Shown in pieces: positions 43,144-52,566 of a stretch of DNA of 64,000 nucleotides. The notes under the pieces were generated by a model. The model was not told the DNA's origin, did no database searches, and saw only the letters and a program-made list of their open reading frames with translations. Source of the stretch: an uncultured Poribacteria bacterium (GTDB lineage: Bacteria > Poribacteria > WGA-4E > WGA-3G); the NCBI GenBank assembly GCA_951813565.1, contig OX638351.1, positions 4,832,001 to 4,896,000 of the forward strand. The letters are read 5' to 3'. The position numbers and the translations under genes were made by a program. Within the stretch, counting starts at the first letter, position 1, and each line of letters starts with the position of its first letter.

Positions 43144-43902
43144 TTAACTAAAAAATAATAGATGTATACCGGTTGCAAACAGCAAAATTAGGACAATTCT
43201 GGAAAAGATACGTTCTGGGAAACGGTTATTCAGATAGACGCCAACCTGTACGCCGAGTCCAACAAACGGCAGAAGTGCTAAAGCCTCTATGATGATTTCA
43301 AAAGAAAAAAGCCCGAGATGGAAATAGAACGGAAACTTAACCATGTTGATGAAGAAGTAAAGTACAGTCGTTGTGGCAACGAATGTGCGGTTGCCCAACC
43401 GCTGTGGTAAAAGATACATGACGATGATCGGTCCCGCCATGTGCGCAAGCGTTGAAAAGATACCTGCGACGATACCTGCAAGTACGCCATGCCACGTTTT
43501 GAAACGGACAACGGGTTCTTCATCAGTAGAATCTGGGTTCAGCCGCTGCATTATTCGGGGCCTAAAAAATTCTAATACGGCAAATAGACAGACAATACCT
43601 CCAATGACTTTCTTTAAATGGACGTCTGATATGTCATTTAAGATGAAACTCCCGAAAGCGATGCCGATGATGGCACTCGGTACAAGTTGCCAGATGTTTT
43701 GGCGGTGCCACTGCTTCCAATAGTGCCCCAATGAAAAAACATCTGTTGAGAAGAGTAGCGGAAGCATCAGACCGAGAACACTTCGGATGGGACGGAATTG
43801 GGCAAATAGTGGAACAACTATCATACCGATGCCACCACCGAAGCCTGCTTTGCTTACGCCTGTTAGCCATGTCCCTAAACATAAGATGATTATTTCGTAG
43901 AT
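43144..43902 (-). CDS. TauE/SafE (TSUP) family permease
   Basis: GVSKAGFGGGIG motif upstream of the first ATG (43824); STLAHMAGP; apparent ATC start at 43902. Confidence 0.8.
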   Translation of the reverse strand: MYEIIILCLGTWLTGVSKAGFGGGIGMIVVPLFAQFRPIRSVLGLMLPLLFSTDVFSLGHYWKQWHRQNIWQLVPSAIIGIAFGSFILNDISDVHLKKVIGGIVCLFAVLEFFRPRIMQRLNPDSTDEEPVVRFKTWHGVLAGIVAGIFSTLAHMAGPIIVMYLLPQRLGNRTFVATTTVLYFFINMVKFPFYFHLGLFSFEIIIEALALLPFVGLGVQVGVYLNNRFPERIFSRIVLILLFATGIHLLFFS

Positions 43903-43989
43903 ATGGGTTTCTCCTGATAGCGTTCAATAGTCATTGTGCGGTTTATGATAGCGAATTTTGGCGGTTTTGTCAAGATAGAATTGGCTATC

Positions 43990-44621
43990 GGGTGTGTAAA
44001 GTTTTTGTAGAAATCCGCACAACTCCTATTGTAGGGGCGGGTCTCCGGGGAATGCCAAAAGGCATTCGGACCCGGTGAATGACTAAAGACGAATGCGCCA
44101 AATCAACGGTATGAATGCCTGCTGGCATTCCCCGTATGGCATTCGCCATGGTTCATACCGTTGATTTCTTGATTTGGTGCCTGCCCGTTGCATAGCACGT
44201 CCTGCGCAGTGGCGGGGCACAGGAACCCCGCCCATAGGCGTCAATTTAAGCACACAATTACCAGATTGCCTCTTGTGGGAGGGAAACCTTATAAGCCCGA
44301 TTTATATGTATTTATCGGGGTTGAAAACCCGACAAATGCCAAAAAGCGCATTTGGCGTTGATTTGGCAGCATGCCACACGCGCATGCTGCGTTGATTTGG
44401 ACAAATGCCAAAAGCAGAATCAACGCCGAGCGCGCGTATGGCACTCGTCGCATTTGGCGTTGATTTGGCAGCATGCCGGACGCGCATGCTGCGTTGATTC
44501 ACTCCCACAAGAGGGTATATCCTTAAATTGACGGCTATGGGCACAGGGACCCCGCTCTACAGTGGAAAACGCCGCGTAATCATTGCAAATTGAACCTATG
44601 TAACCAAATATTTACACACCC
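43990..44621 (+). mobile_element. GGGTGTGTA-ended MITE expanded by nested insertions
   Basis: TIRs plus perfect 9 bp duplication ttggctatc (43981-43989 / 44622-44630). Confidence 0.9.
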
Positions 44622-44791
44622 TTGGCTATCGGCAGGGTTATTCAGTTTTCAACAAGCCACTTGCTCTCTGTCGTTTCGCATGAGTTAGGAATTACCCTCA
44701 CGCAGCAAAGTGTTAGCAACAAAACCAACGAAATACCGATCTCAACAGAGATCCTCAAGACCTTTGATGTGAAGGGTAAAGTCATCACAAC

Positions 44792-44827
44792 CAAATCAAC
44801 GGTCCGAATGCGCGTTTGGCATTCCCC
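44792..44827 (+). repeat. 36 bp micro-element inserted in frame into the ISAs1 transposase remnant
   Basis: Removal restores ACA ACG GAT GCG (VITTDALLTQR). Confidence 0.85.
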
Positions 44828-45183
44828 GGATGCGCTTTTGACACAACGAACTTTCTACCACGCACTCATAGATGGTGATGGAGACTATATGCTCCCTGTC
44901 AAAGACAACTAACCTGACCTTTTAGATGCGATTGAGAAACTTTTTCAAGACGTTCCTGACACACTTTCTGAGGAGACAACACACCCTGTTTTAGGAGAAC
45001 CGATCCACATTTACGAGACAGTTGAAAAATCACAGGGTAGACTTGAGACAAGGTGTCCCAAAGCAAGCACAAGTCTCAATGCGTATCTGGACTGGCCAGG
45101 GATAGCACAAGTGATCCAATATCATTGGACGGACAAAAGTCTGAACACACAAGAAGAAACACACAAAGTCCACTATGGTATAA

Positions 45184-45272
45184 TACCAAATTAACGAGTT
45201 TTGTATTGTTTTCACTGCTGAGAACACGGGCGGGCACAGAGACCCGCCCCTACGATTTTGGGTAATTTGGTA
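45184..45272. mobile_element. TACC...GGTA MITE with TAA duplication inside the ISAs1 remnant
   Basis: taccaaatta / taatttggta; removal restores cac tat ggt ata aca agt cta (HYGITSL). Confidence 0.75.
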
Positions 45273-45757
45273 TAACAAGTCTAAAACCCGAAGCAGCATC
45301 TGCCGAACGCTTACTGACTGGACGGCGTGGACATTGGTCAATAGAGAACAAGTCGCACTGGATGCGGGGACGGTGCTTGTAGAAGATGCCTCTCCTGTCC
45401 GATGCGGTGCTATACCACAAGTCATGGCAGCAAATCGTAATACAACATTATCGTTAGGACGATTTGCAGGGTATACAGCTATCTCTGATACAATCAAATA
45501 TCTCGCTTCAAAACCTAAACTCGTAGTTAACCCTATAAAATGAAAATTCATAAAACTGAATAACCCTGGAGCAAACAAGCGTGTAAAGTTTTTGACATTA
45601 TCTATTTCTCTTTTGTAGGAGTGCTTTGTCCGCACGATGCAAAGTAGTGAATGCTAAACGCGCATTCGGTGTTGATTTAGTCGTATCCGTAACAAATAGA
45701 GGCGGGCACAGAGACTCGCCTCTACAGCACAAGTGAAGGATATGAGAAACAATCTGC

Positions 45758-47071
45758 TTACTCTTCTAATTCAATAATAACTGTTGCTCGCTTTTCTGGC
45801 GCAAAAATAGTTTTAGCCAAGTTTTCTATATCTGCATCGGTCACCTGCTGAATTGCAGCCCTTAACTCTTTACCGTTGATTTTCAGTTGATATTGACGTC
45901 CAATACTAAAGGCTAAACTGTACATATTCTCTCCCCACTGTGCATCCGGTATGTCAACTGTTCCCAAGAAAGCCAACATATTAATCGCTTGTCGTTTCTC
46001 TTGTGGTGTAAGTTTAGGCTTCAATGCCGATTGCAGACGTTGGTTCAACTCTTCCAGCACAACATCAACATCTTCTTCAGATGTCAATTCTGTCTGGAGG
46101 ACAAGCGTAGTTGGATCGTCAAAGGGTGGATAAAAAATAGGTTGAACTTTGCCCATCTGAAATTTGGTTCGTAGCGCATACACCATACGTGAGTATACTA
46201 TAAGAAATGGCACATATTCTTTGCTATTGGGGAGCGGTGCTGCATATCCGATAGCAGCGACTCCGGTTGCATTTGGCATAACAGGTTGGACATTGATTCT
46301 GTTAACATTCCCCGCTTTAGGTTTGGGTTTAGGATGAGGTTCCGGTAGTAACTTGCCGCGAGCAATTTGACTAAAGTTTTCGTGGATGGATTTCTTTGCC
46401 TCCTCAATGTCAAACTTACCTGCCACAACTAAGATTGCATTATTCGGCTTATAGTAATCTTGCCAAAATTGCTTTAATTCATCAAGTGTGAACGTTTGGA
46501 CATGGGCAATTGCACCGCCACGTTGTCCACCTTGAGGGATAGGGTGCAACTGTGCTCGCGCATGGTTCACACCTGCTAACATTGGGATTCCACCATACAT
46601 GTTAGTCAATTCCTGCTCCACACGAGGCACTTCACGTTCAATGTCCGCTTTAGTGATGCGAAGGTCGTTCATGCGTGCTGCTACATCCTTGATTTCTTCT
46701 GCAAATTGCTCTGAATCAACAACGCCTGCAATGACAGTATACTCTGTTCCGGTTTGTGCATTGCAACCTGCAGGATAGTGTCTGAAAAACTGCTGCGCAT
46801 CACGCACTGGTGTTTCACCTGCAGCAGCTGTGACATACATGTGTTCCATTAAGTGCGCCATCCCTGATTTGCCTATTGGATCGTGATTTTCACCGATATT
46901 GTATAGCACTACAAAAGCAATTTTGTTTGCCGTAGGTACGGAACGTAGAATCACGGTAAGTCCATTATCCAATTTATAAGGTTCAATAGTTTCTGCAGAT
47001 AAGGTTGATGCCACGAACAATATACCTATAATTATCGTTATCAAAATGATGTGCTTAATTCTGTTGGTCAT
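45758..47071 (-). CDS. Secreted M16 (insulinase/pitrilysin) family zinc peptidase
   Basis: Signal peptide, LDNGL, G.AHLMEH, NAQT, Y.PNNA.LVVAG. Confidence 0.88.
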   Translation of the reverse strand: MTNRIKHIILITIIIGILFVASTLSAETIEPYKLDNGLTVILRSVPTANKIAFVVLYNIGENHDPIGKSGMAHLMEHMYVTAAAGETPVRDAQQFFRHYPAGCNAQTGTEYTVIAGVVDSEQFAEEIKDVAARMNDLRITKADIEREVPRVEQELTNMYGGIPMLAGVNHARAQLHPIPQGGQRGGAIAHVQTFTLDELKQFWQDYYKPNNAILVVAGKFDIEEAKKSIHENFSQIARGKLLPEPHPKPKPKAGNVNRINVQPVMPNATGVAAIGYAAPLPNSKEYVPFLIVYSRMVYALRTKFQMGKVQPIFYPPFDDPTTLVLQTELTSEEDVDVVLEELNQRLQSALKPKLTPQEKRQAINMLAFLGTVDIPDAQWGENMYSLAFSIGRQYQLKINGKELRAAIQQVTDADIENLAKTIFAPEKRATVIIELEE

Positions 47072-47423
47072 TTTTGTTACCTCCAAGTGTTAAATCTTCA
47101 GACATAGATTTTCTGAGTTCAGCTTTCCTATATTCATGACGAAAAACAAAGAAAAACATCCCAAATAGGAATGTACATAACAAACCGCAGAGACCAAATC
47201 CGTACCATATTCCGTAAGGTTGTCCTAAAAAATATGCAATTATACCAACTACAAGTGAAATAAATCCCACTGCAAATGCAAAAGTGTTGACACCTAAAAC
47301 AAGTTTTTTTGCCTTTCCTTTTGGGATGAATATGCCTGCCAAAGTTCCGACAAGCGCTCCAAGGATGCCGACAAAACTACCCAATAGACCAAACCATCCA
47401 GGGTGAAACCAAGGTTCATTCAT
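47055..47423 (-). CDS. Small 3-TM membrane protein, paralog A
   Basis: MNEPW...PKGKAKKL...GQPYGIWY...MSEDLTL. Confidence 0.8.
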   Translation of the reverse strand: MNEPWFHPGWFGLLGSFVGILGALVGTLAGIFIPKGKAKKLVLGVNTFAFAVGFISLVVGIIAYFLGQPYGIWYGFGLCGLLCTFLFGMFFFVFRHEYRKAELRKSMSEDLTLGGNKNDQQN

Positions 47424-47796
47424 TAGAAATCTCCTTATCTTTTTTGTTACCAACAAGCGTTAAATCTTCGGACATCAGTTTCTTCATTTCAGCATCTCTT
47501 GCTCTTTTAAGAATTACCCAAAAACCTAAACCAAAAAGAACTGTGCCCAGTATTCCAGCACCACCGAATCCGTACCATACACCATAAGGTTGTCCTGATA
47601 GATTAGCGATGATACCGACTACGAGTGAGATGAACGATAAGACGAACGCGAATGTGTTAACACCTAAAGTAAGTTTTATTGCTTTTCCTCTCGGCACAAA
47701 CGCACCCCCCAATGTTCCTATGAGCGCGCCAAGAATACCAATTATTGAACCTAATATAGCACCTATCAATCCAGGGTTCATCCAAGGTTCATTCAT
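47416..47796 (-). CDS. Small 3-TM membrane protein, paralog B
   Basis: MNEPW...PRGKAIKL...GQPYGVWY...MSEDLTL. Confidence 0.8.
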   Translation of the reverse strand: MNEPWMNPGLIGAILGSIIGILGALIGTLGGAFVPRGKAIKLTLGVNTFAFVLSFISLVVGIIANLSGQPYGVWYGFGGAGILGTVLFGLGFWVILKRARDAEMKKLMSEDLTLVGNKKDKEISNE

Positions 47797-47875
47797 TAGA
47801 GACCTCCTATTCTTCATTGCTGTCCTTGTGACTTACCTCTTTACCTACAAGTGTTAAATCTTCAGACATCAATTT

Positions 47876-48190
47876 TCAAAGTTCACCATCTCTTGCTCTT
47901 TTGAGAATTATCCAATAAACGATACCAAAAAGAATTGCCCAGTCTAATCCGTAAAAACCAGACCGCAACCATACCCAACGAGGCTGTCCGAAAAAATATG
48001 CAATGACACCAAACACAAGAAAAATAAATCCCATAACAATTCCGAAAGCGATAACGCCTAAAGTCAATTTCTTAGCTTTTCCTTTTGGCACAAACAACCA
48101 TCCCAATGTTGCGACAAGTGGACCGAGAGGGATGAATATTGCCATGATTAAAAGACCTAATGTCTCCTGTGAAATCCAAGGTTCATTCAT
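47876..48190 (-). CDS. Small 3-TM membrane protein, paralog C (premature TGA; homology continues to 47807)
   Basis: MNEPW...PKGKAKKL...RARDGEL*KLMSEDLTLVGK. Confidence 0.7.
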   Translation of the reverse strand: MNEPWISQETLGLLIMAIFIPLGPLVATLGWLFVPKGKAKKLTLGVIAFGIVMGFIFLVFGVIAYFFGQPRWVWLRSGFYGLDWAILFGIVYWIILKRARDGEL

Positions 48191-48203
48191 TAGTGTTTCC
48201 TCC

Positions 48204-48494
48204 TCATTTTGATTCTTCATAAGCTTTGATAAGCGCTCTTGCTGCACCCTGCGTCAACGTCCCCTCCGCAACCATCAACCGAATTTTCAGCAAAAACGGA
48301 TTTTCCTTATCCGAGTCATCAGCGATCTCTATTTTCTCAATAAGCCGATTCAGCCGAATTCGCAAGGTAGGATATGAAACCTTATACTGTTTTGCCAAGT
48401 CCTTGAGCGACCCAGAAGCGAGGACAAATCGTTTGATAAAATGGATTTCTTCTTCGCTCAAAACTGATAACCATTTGGGATTTTGTGTTTCCAT
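48204..48494 (-). CDS. DUF2089-family HTH protein
   Basis: LS.EE..FIKRFVLASGSLKDLA..Y.VSYPTLR.RL.RLIEKI. Confidence 0.82.
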   Translation of the reverse strand: METQNPKWLSVLSEEEIHFIKRFVLASGSLKDLAKQYKVSYPTLRIRLNRLIEKIEIADDSDKENPFLLKIRLMVAEGTLTQGAARALIKAYEESK

Positions 48495-48542
48495 AATGTT
48501 GATCTTCCCTTAAATGCCAACGCAATTTAAGGTATAAAATAG

Positions 48543-48571
48543 ATTATAACATTAAATAATGTTAAAGTCAA
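48543..48571 (-). promoter_or_regulatory. sigma70 promoter with a palindromic putative operator in its spacer
   Basis: TTGACT-17bp-TATAAT; TAACATT-N4-AATGTTA at 48547-48564. Confidence 0.65.
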
Positions 48572-48866
48572 ATTTAATTTTATTAAAGTTTGGTAATTAA
48601 AGATTTTAACGGTGTGGATAGGTCTCAAGACTGGTAGGTTCGGTTTCCCAACCGAACCGAATTTATCCCAGCAACGGCACACAGGTTTTTTGAAATCGGC
48701 ACATAGGATGTGATTTCGAATATATCCAGAGCGGTTAGGAAACTGCTCCTACCTTTCTTGGAACGTCAATTGTACCGCGGTTTTCTTAAATTTATGTCTA
48801 TTGGAGATTTTGACAGGATGGTGTTGGAATAGATTATTCGAATACTGAGTCTTCTGTCTATTCCTT

Positions 48867-50774
48867 TTAATCAGCGGTAATAGTTTCCAATGGAGGGAGT
48901 TCTGGGTAATTGCCACGCGCATTTCGCCATGCGATGACACCTTCAACAATCATCCAAACCTGCAAACCTTCAACAACAACACCGAATCCGAAAAGCAGAT
49001 AATTGCCTTTTGCCAGCCACCCCGTTTCTGGAACAAACATCTGGTGTAGCATTGCCCACGCAGGCATGAGGAGCATAACTACCATCGGAAGAAAAGCAAA
49101 CCAGATCGGTTTGTTGCGCCGCACGAGATAGAACACGATGACCATAAAGGCTAATCCTGCCAAGAGTTGATTGGTTGCACCAAAAAGGGGCCAGAGCGTC
49201 ATTCCGCCACTACCGGGCCCACCCGATCCTTGCAGCAATGCGACAGCCGCCGCAAGCACCAATGCAAACGCAGTCGCCACGTAACGATTTGTCAACGGTT
49301 TGATGTTAGCAGTTTGCGCGAGTTCTTGGATGACGTACCTTTGCAAACGCGTTGCTGTATCTAATGTTGTGGCAGCGAAACTTGCCACAAGTACTGCCAT
49401 TATCGCAATCCCCATTTTAAGTGGAATGCCGAGAGATGCAAGGAAATTGCCACCACCATCAACAAAGGCACTAACCTTTTCTCTGAGTTTGTGGCTTGCC
49501 CAACCACCACCAACAATTGTTGTTGTGCCATCTGGATTGGTCACTTTTTCACCTACTGCATATCGGGTTCTCCATGCATCTTGATTAACAACGGGTTGCG
49601 AGTTTCCTTCTTGGAGGATAGGTTGGAACGTGTAACCTCCTGCACTGGTGGAGTCAACAGTACGGTTGAAAATGCCCATACCGATGCCAGCACAGCACGC
49701 AATAATAACAACAACAGCAAGACCGCCTTCAAGCAGCATTGCACCGTATCCAACGTATTGTGCATCGTCTTCGGAGGCAACCTGTTTGCTTGAAGTTCCT
49801 GAACTGACCATGCAGTGGAAACCGCTGACCGCACCACATGCAATCGTAATGAAGAGGAAGGGCCAAATCGGCGGGGCATCGGGTGGAATGTCAGATGCAA
49901 TTGCGGGGGCAGAAACAAAGAGGTCTGCTTTACCTGTAAATCCTGCAACTGCAAGCCCAAGCACTAAGAGAACCAATGCTAATACCAATTCATGACTGTT
50001 GATGAAATCGCGAGGTTGTAAGAGTGTCCATACAGGCAGCACGGAGGCAATGAAGCAGTAGACAAAAAGCACTAAAGTCCAAATTACAACGACGTTCAAG
50101 TAGGTTTGTCCGAGCAAATCAATGCCAAGCCATTTTCCTAAGTCTATCGGTAGAACGTACGCACCGACAGCCATTGCAATATACATGATACCGAGTGCAA
50201 TGATAGATGGGACAAGAATATTGCCACCACGGCGATAAATCCAAACACCGATGGCGACAGCAAGCGGGATTTCCACCCAGACTGACAAAACTGATTCAGG
50301 ATAGTAGGAAAAAATCAGGGCAATGACCAAACCGAAGATAGCAAGGACAATAGTCAAACCCATAAAGAGGACGAATAGAAATAGAAACTTGGCACGCGGA
50401 CCGATCATTCTACCGGCAACTTCACCAACACTTTGTCCTCTATTGCGGAGTGAAACGACTAACGCGCCAAAATCATGGACAGCACCAATAAAAACAGATC
50501 CGAGGACGACCCAAAGCAATGCTGGCAACCAACCCCAAAAGACTGCAATGGCGGGACCGACGATCGGACCTGTGCCAGCAATGCTTGTAAAGTGATGTCC
50601 GAAGATGATCTCTTTTTTGGTAGGAACGTAGTCTACATCATCTTTCAGTTCTTGACTTGGCACTTTTGCTTGGGGGTCTAAGCCAAAAATTTTTCTCGCT
50701 AACCACTTGCCATACGTATTGTATGCCACAATAAAGCCGACAAAACTCAAAACAGCAATAATCAGTGTGCTCAT
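48867..50774 (-). CDS. cstA: Carbon starvation CstA family transporter
   Basis: GHHFTSIAGTGPIVGP, GAVHD, TIACGAVSGFH, TTLDTATRL.R, LWPLFGATNQLLA. Confidence 0.93.
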   Translation of the reverse strand: MSTLIIAVLSFVGFIVAYNTYGKWLARKIFGLDPQAKVPSQELKDDVDYVPTKKEIIFGHHFTSIAGTGPIVGPAIAVFWGWLPALLWVVLGSVFIGAVHDFGALVVSLRNRGQSVGEVAGRMIGPRAKFLFLFVLFMGLTIVLAIFGLVIALIFSYYPESVLSVWVEIPLAVAIGVWIYRRGGNILVPSIIALGIMYIAMAVGAYVLPIDLGKWLGIDLLGQTYLNVVVIWTLVLFVYCFIASVLPVWTLLQPRDFINSHELVLALVLLVLGLAVAGFTGKADLFVSAPAIASDIPPDAPPIWPFLFITIACGAVSGFHCMVSSGTSSKQVASEDDAQYVGYGAMLLEGGLAVVVIIACCAGIGMGIFNRTVDSTSAGGYTFQPILQEGNSQPVVNQDAWRTRYAVGEKVTNPDGTTTIVGGGWASHKLREKVSAFVDGGGNFLASLGIPLKMGIAIMAVLVASFAATTLDTATRLQRYVIQELAQTANIKPLTNRYVATAFALVLAAAVALLQGSGGPGSGGMTLWPLFGATNQLLAGLAFMVIVFYLVRRNKPIWFAFLPMVVMLLMPAWAMLHQMFVPETGWLAKGNYLLFGFGVVVEGLQVWMIVEGVIAWRNARGNYPELPPLETITAD

Positions 50775-51191
50775 ACGCGAAACTCCGACTTTTCAATTTA
50801 GTGGTTACCAACATATAGAAATTTAAAATTCCTATGCATTCTCTTTTGGATTTACGGCGTTTGTAGTCGCGCAATTCATTGCGCCTCTTACATTCATAGT
50901 AGTGCCTCGTCAAGTGATAATTGATGGGTTTGAAAGTAGTCGGGAATCGGAGTTCCCTTCTACCATAAACGTTCCATCGGTAGGAGCGATCTCCGAATCG
51001 CGACGAACAATAATATGTTGACAAAGCAGTAATGTGTTTAGAAATTCTTACCGACCAAACTCTAAAGTCACAGCGGGCGAAATGTGTATTACTGAGGATT
51101 TTTGTGTATTGTCACACAGAAATAATACTCAAATACTACAACTTTTAGGTGGCAACTTGGGCAATAATTATATGTCTTACAATAATTAACT

Positions 51192-52361
51192 TTACCTCAC
51201 CCCGGTTAAAATCTCAAAAGTGAGCTGATCTAATTTTTCGTATCCAAGTCCTTTTTGAGCAATGGTGTCCGGTTGGAAGTCTATATTTCTCAGTTTTTCT
51301 GAATTCTCAGCACTATAATTTGCCATAAGTGCTTCAAGTTCAGGATCACGTGCGTGTAGTTCAGAGAGAATACCTTGAATCTCATCGTCTTCATTGAAAC
51401 GTTGTGCTTTTGTTTTCAGTATCAGATAGCTGCACATACAGCCAGCAGCAAAGTCCCAAACACCTTGTTCATCTTCAGTTCGGTAGGCGTGTGCATCAAA
51501 ATGTCTGTTGCCATCCCAGTTGACATCTTCAAGGAATTTTACAAGGAAAAACGCACTTTTGATGTTTTCTGATCCGAAGCGTAAATCCTGATCAAATCGA
51601 CTCATCTTCTGGTCATTGAGGTCAATATGAAAAAGTTTGCCAGCCTCATACGCTTGCGCGACGCCATGTAGGAAATTCAAGCCTGCCATCGTTTCATGAG
51701 CGAATTCAGGATTAACACCAACCATCTCAGAGTGATCAAGCGTCTCAATAAAATGCAGCATGTGTCCCGTTGTAGGAAGATAGATGTCACCACGAGGTTC
51801 ATTCGGCTTCGCTTCTAAAGCAAATTTGAGATTATAGCCTTGATCTTTGACGTAGTGCGTGAAGTAGTTCATCGCTTCACGGTTCCATTTTACGGTGTCC
51901 GGGCCGTTTTTAGCGGCATCAACTTCAGCACCTTCGCGCCCACCCCAAAACACGTATACTGTCGCCCCAAGTTCCACACCAAGATCAATAGCGTTCAACG
52001 TTTTCTGAATTGCAAATGCTCTGACCTTTGGATCGTTAGAGGTAAACGCACCGTCTTTGAAAATTGGATGGTAAAAAAGGTTAGTTGTTGCCATTGGCAC
52101 CTTCATATTGTGATCGGAAAGTGCCTTTTTGAATTCACGGACAATTTTATCACGTTCAGCGGCTGAAGCGTCAAATGGGACCAGGTCGTTATCGTGTAAG
52201 TTAACGCCGTACGCGCCTAATTCGCTTAATTTCTGGACGCTATAAGTCGGTTTTAAAGGGGGTCTAACAACGTCTCCGAATGGATCACGCCCTGGATTTC
52301 CCACGGTCCACAACCCAAAAGTAAACTTGTGTTCAGGTTTGGGCTGATACTGATCTGACAT
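51192..52361 (-). CDS. xylA: Xylose isomerase (short actinobacterial/Thermus type)
   Basis: [54 protein letters not shown]. Confidence 0.95.
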   Translation of the reverse strand: MSDQYQPKPEHKFTFGLWTVGNPGRDPFGDVVRPPLKPTYSVQKLSELGAYGVNLHDNDLVPFDASAAERDKIVREFKKALSDHNMKVPMATTNLFYHPIFKDGAFTSNDPKVRAFAIQKTLNAIDLGVELGATVYVFWGGREGAEVDAAKNGPDTVKWNREAMNYFTHYVKDQGYNLKFALEAKPNEPRGDIYLPTTGHMLHFIETLDHSEMVGVNPEFAHETMAGLNFLHGVAQAYEAGKLFHIDLNDQKMSRFDQDLRFGSENIKSAFFLVKFLEDVNWDGNRHFDAHAYRTEDEQGVWDFAAGCMCSYLILKTKAQRFNEDDEIQGILSELHARDPELEALMANYSAENSEKLRNIDFQPDTIAQKGLGYEKLDQLTFEILTGVR

Positions 52362-52445
52362 GCATTAACTCCTATTTTGTTTGTCGTTTGCGTTGGATTA
52401 TAACATATTTTCAATATATTTGGCAATATATTTTACACACCCAGG

Positions 52446-52566
52446 CAGGGTTATTTAGTCCTCCATATTTTCGGTTATTCTTGAATGCCCCTCTTGCTGT
52501 AGGAGCGAGCTCCAGCTCGCGACTTTTGACGAAAATGTGCAAAAACCCTAAAACTAAATAACCCTA
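52446..52566. mobile_element. ISAs1-derived MITE at the thrC stop codon
   Basis: cagggttatttagt / actaaataacccta IRs; cacacccagg duplicated (52436-52445, 52567-52576); internal REP. Confidence 0.78.

Larger units (their letters stand above)
44633..45568 (+). mobile_element. Internally deleted ISAs1-family element (transposase pseudogene)
   Basis: Perfect 17 bp IRs cagggttattcagtttt; KTNEIP, VITTDALLTQ, VKDN, HYGITSL remnants; stops and inserts. Confidence 0.85.

Noticed and set aside
44332..44500. CRISPR array (34-36 bp palindromic repeats)
   Set aside because: No unique spacers, units abut or nest, copies are dispersed, and there are no cas genes in the window
44174..44544. Small ORFs in repeat clusters (also 6802-7098, 16078-16314, 25405-25605, 32424-32606)
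   Set aside because: Chance frames across MITE and micro-element DNA
47876..47878. Selenocysteine or genetic-code recoding at the in-frame TGA
   Set aside because: Paralogs have Arg/Lys, not Cys/Trp/Gly; no SECIS-like hairpin seen; TGA is a normal stop elsewhere (both GNATs)
52431..52442. tttacacaccc as a GGGTGTGTA-MITE end
   Set aside because: Better explained as the duplicated 3' end of thrC (GGT GTG TAA on the minus strand)
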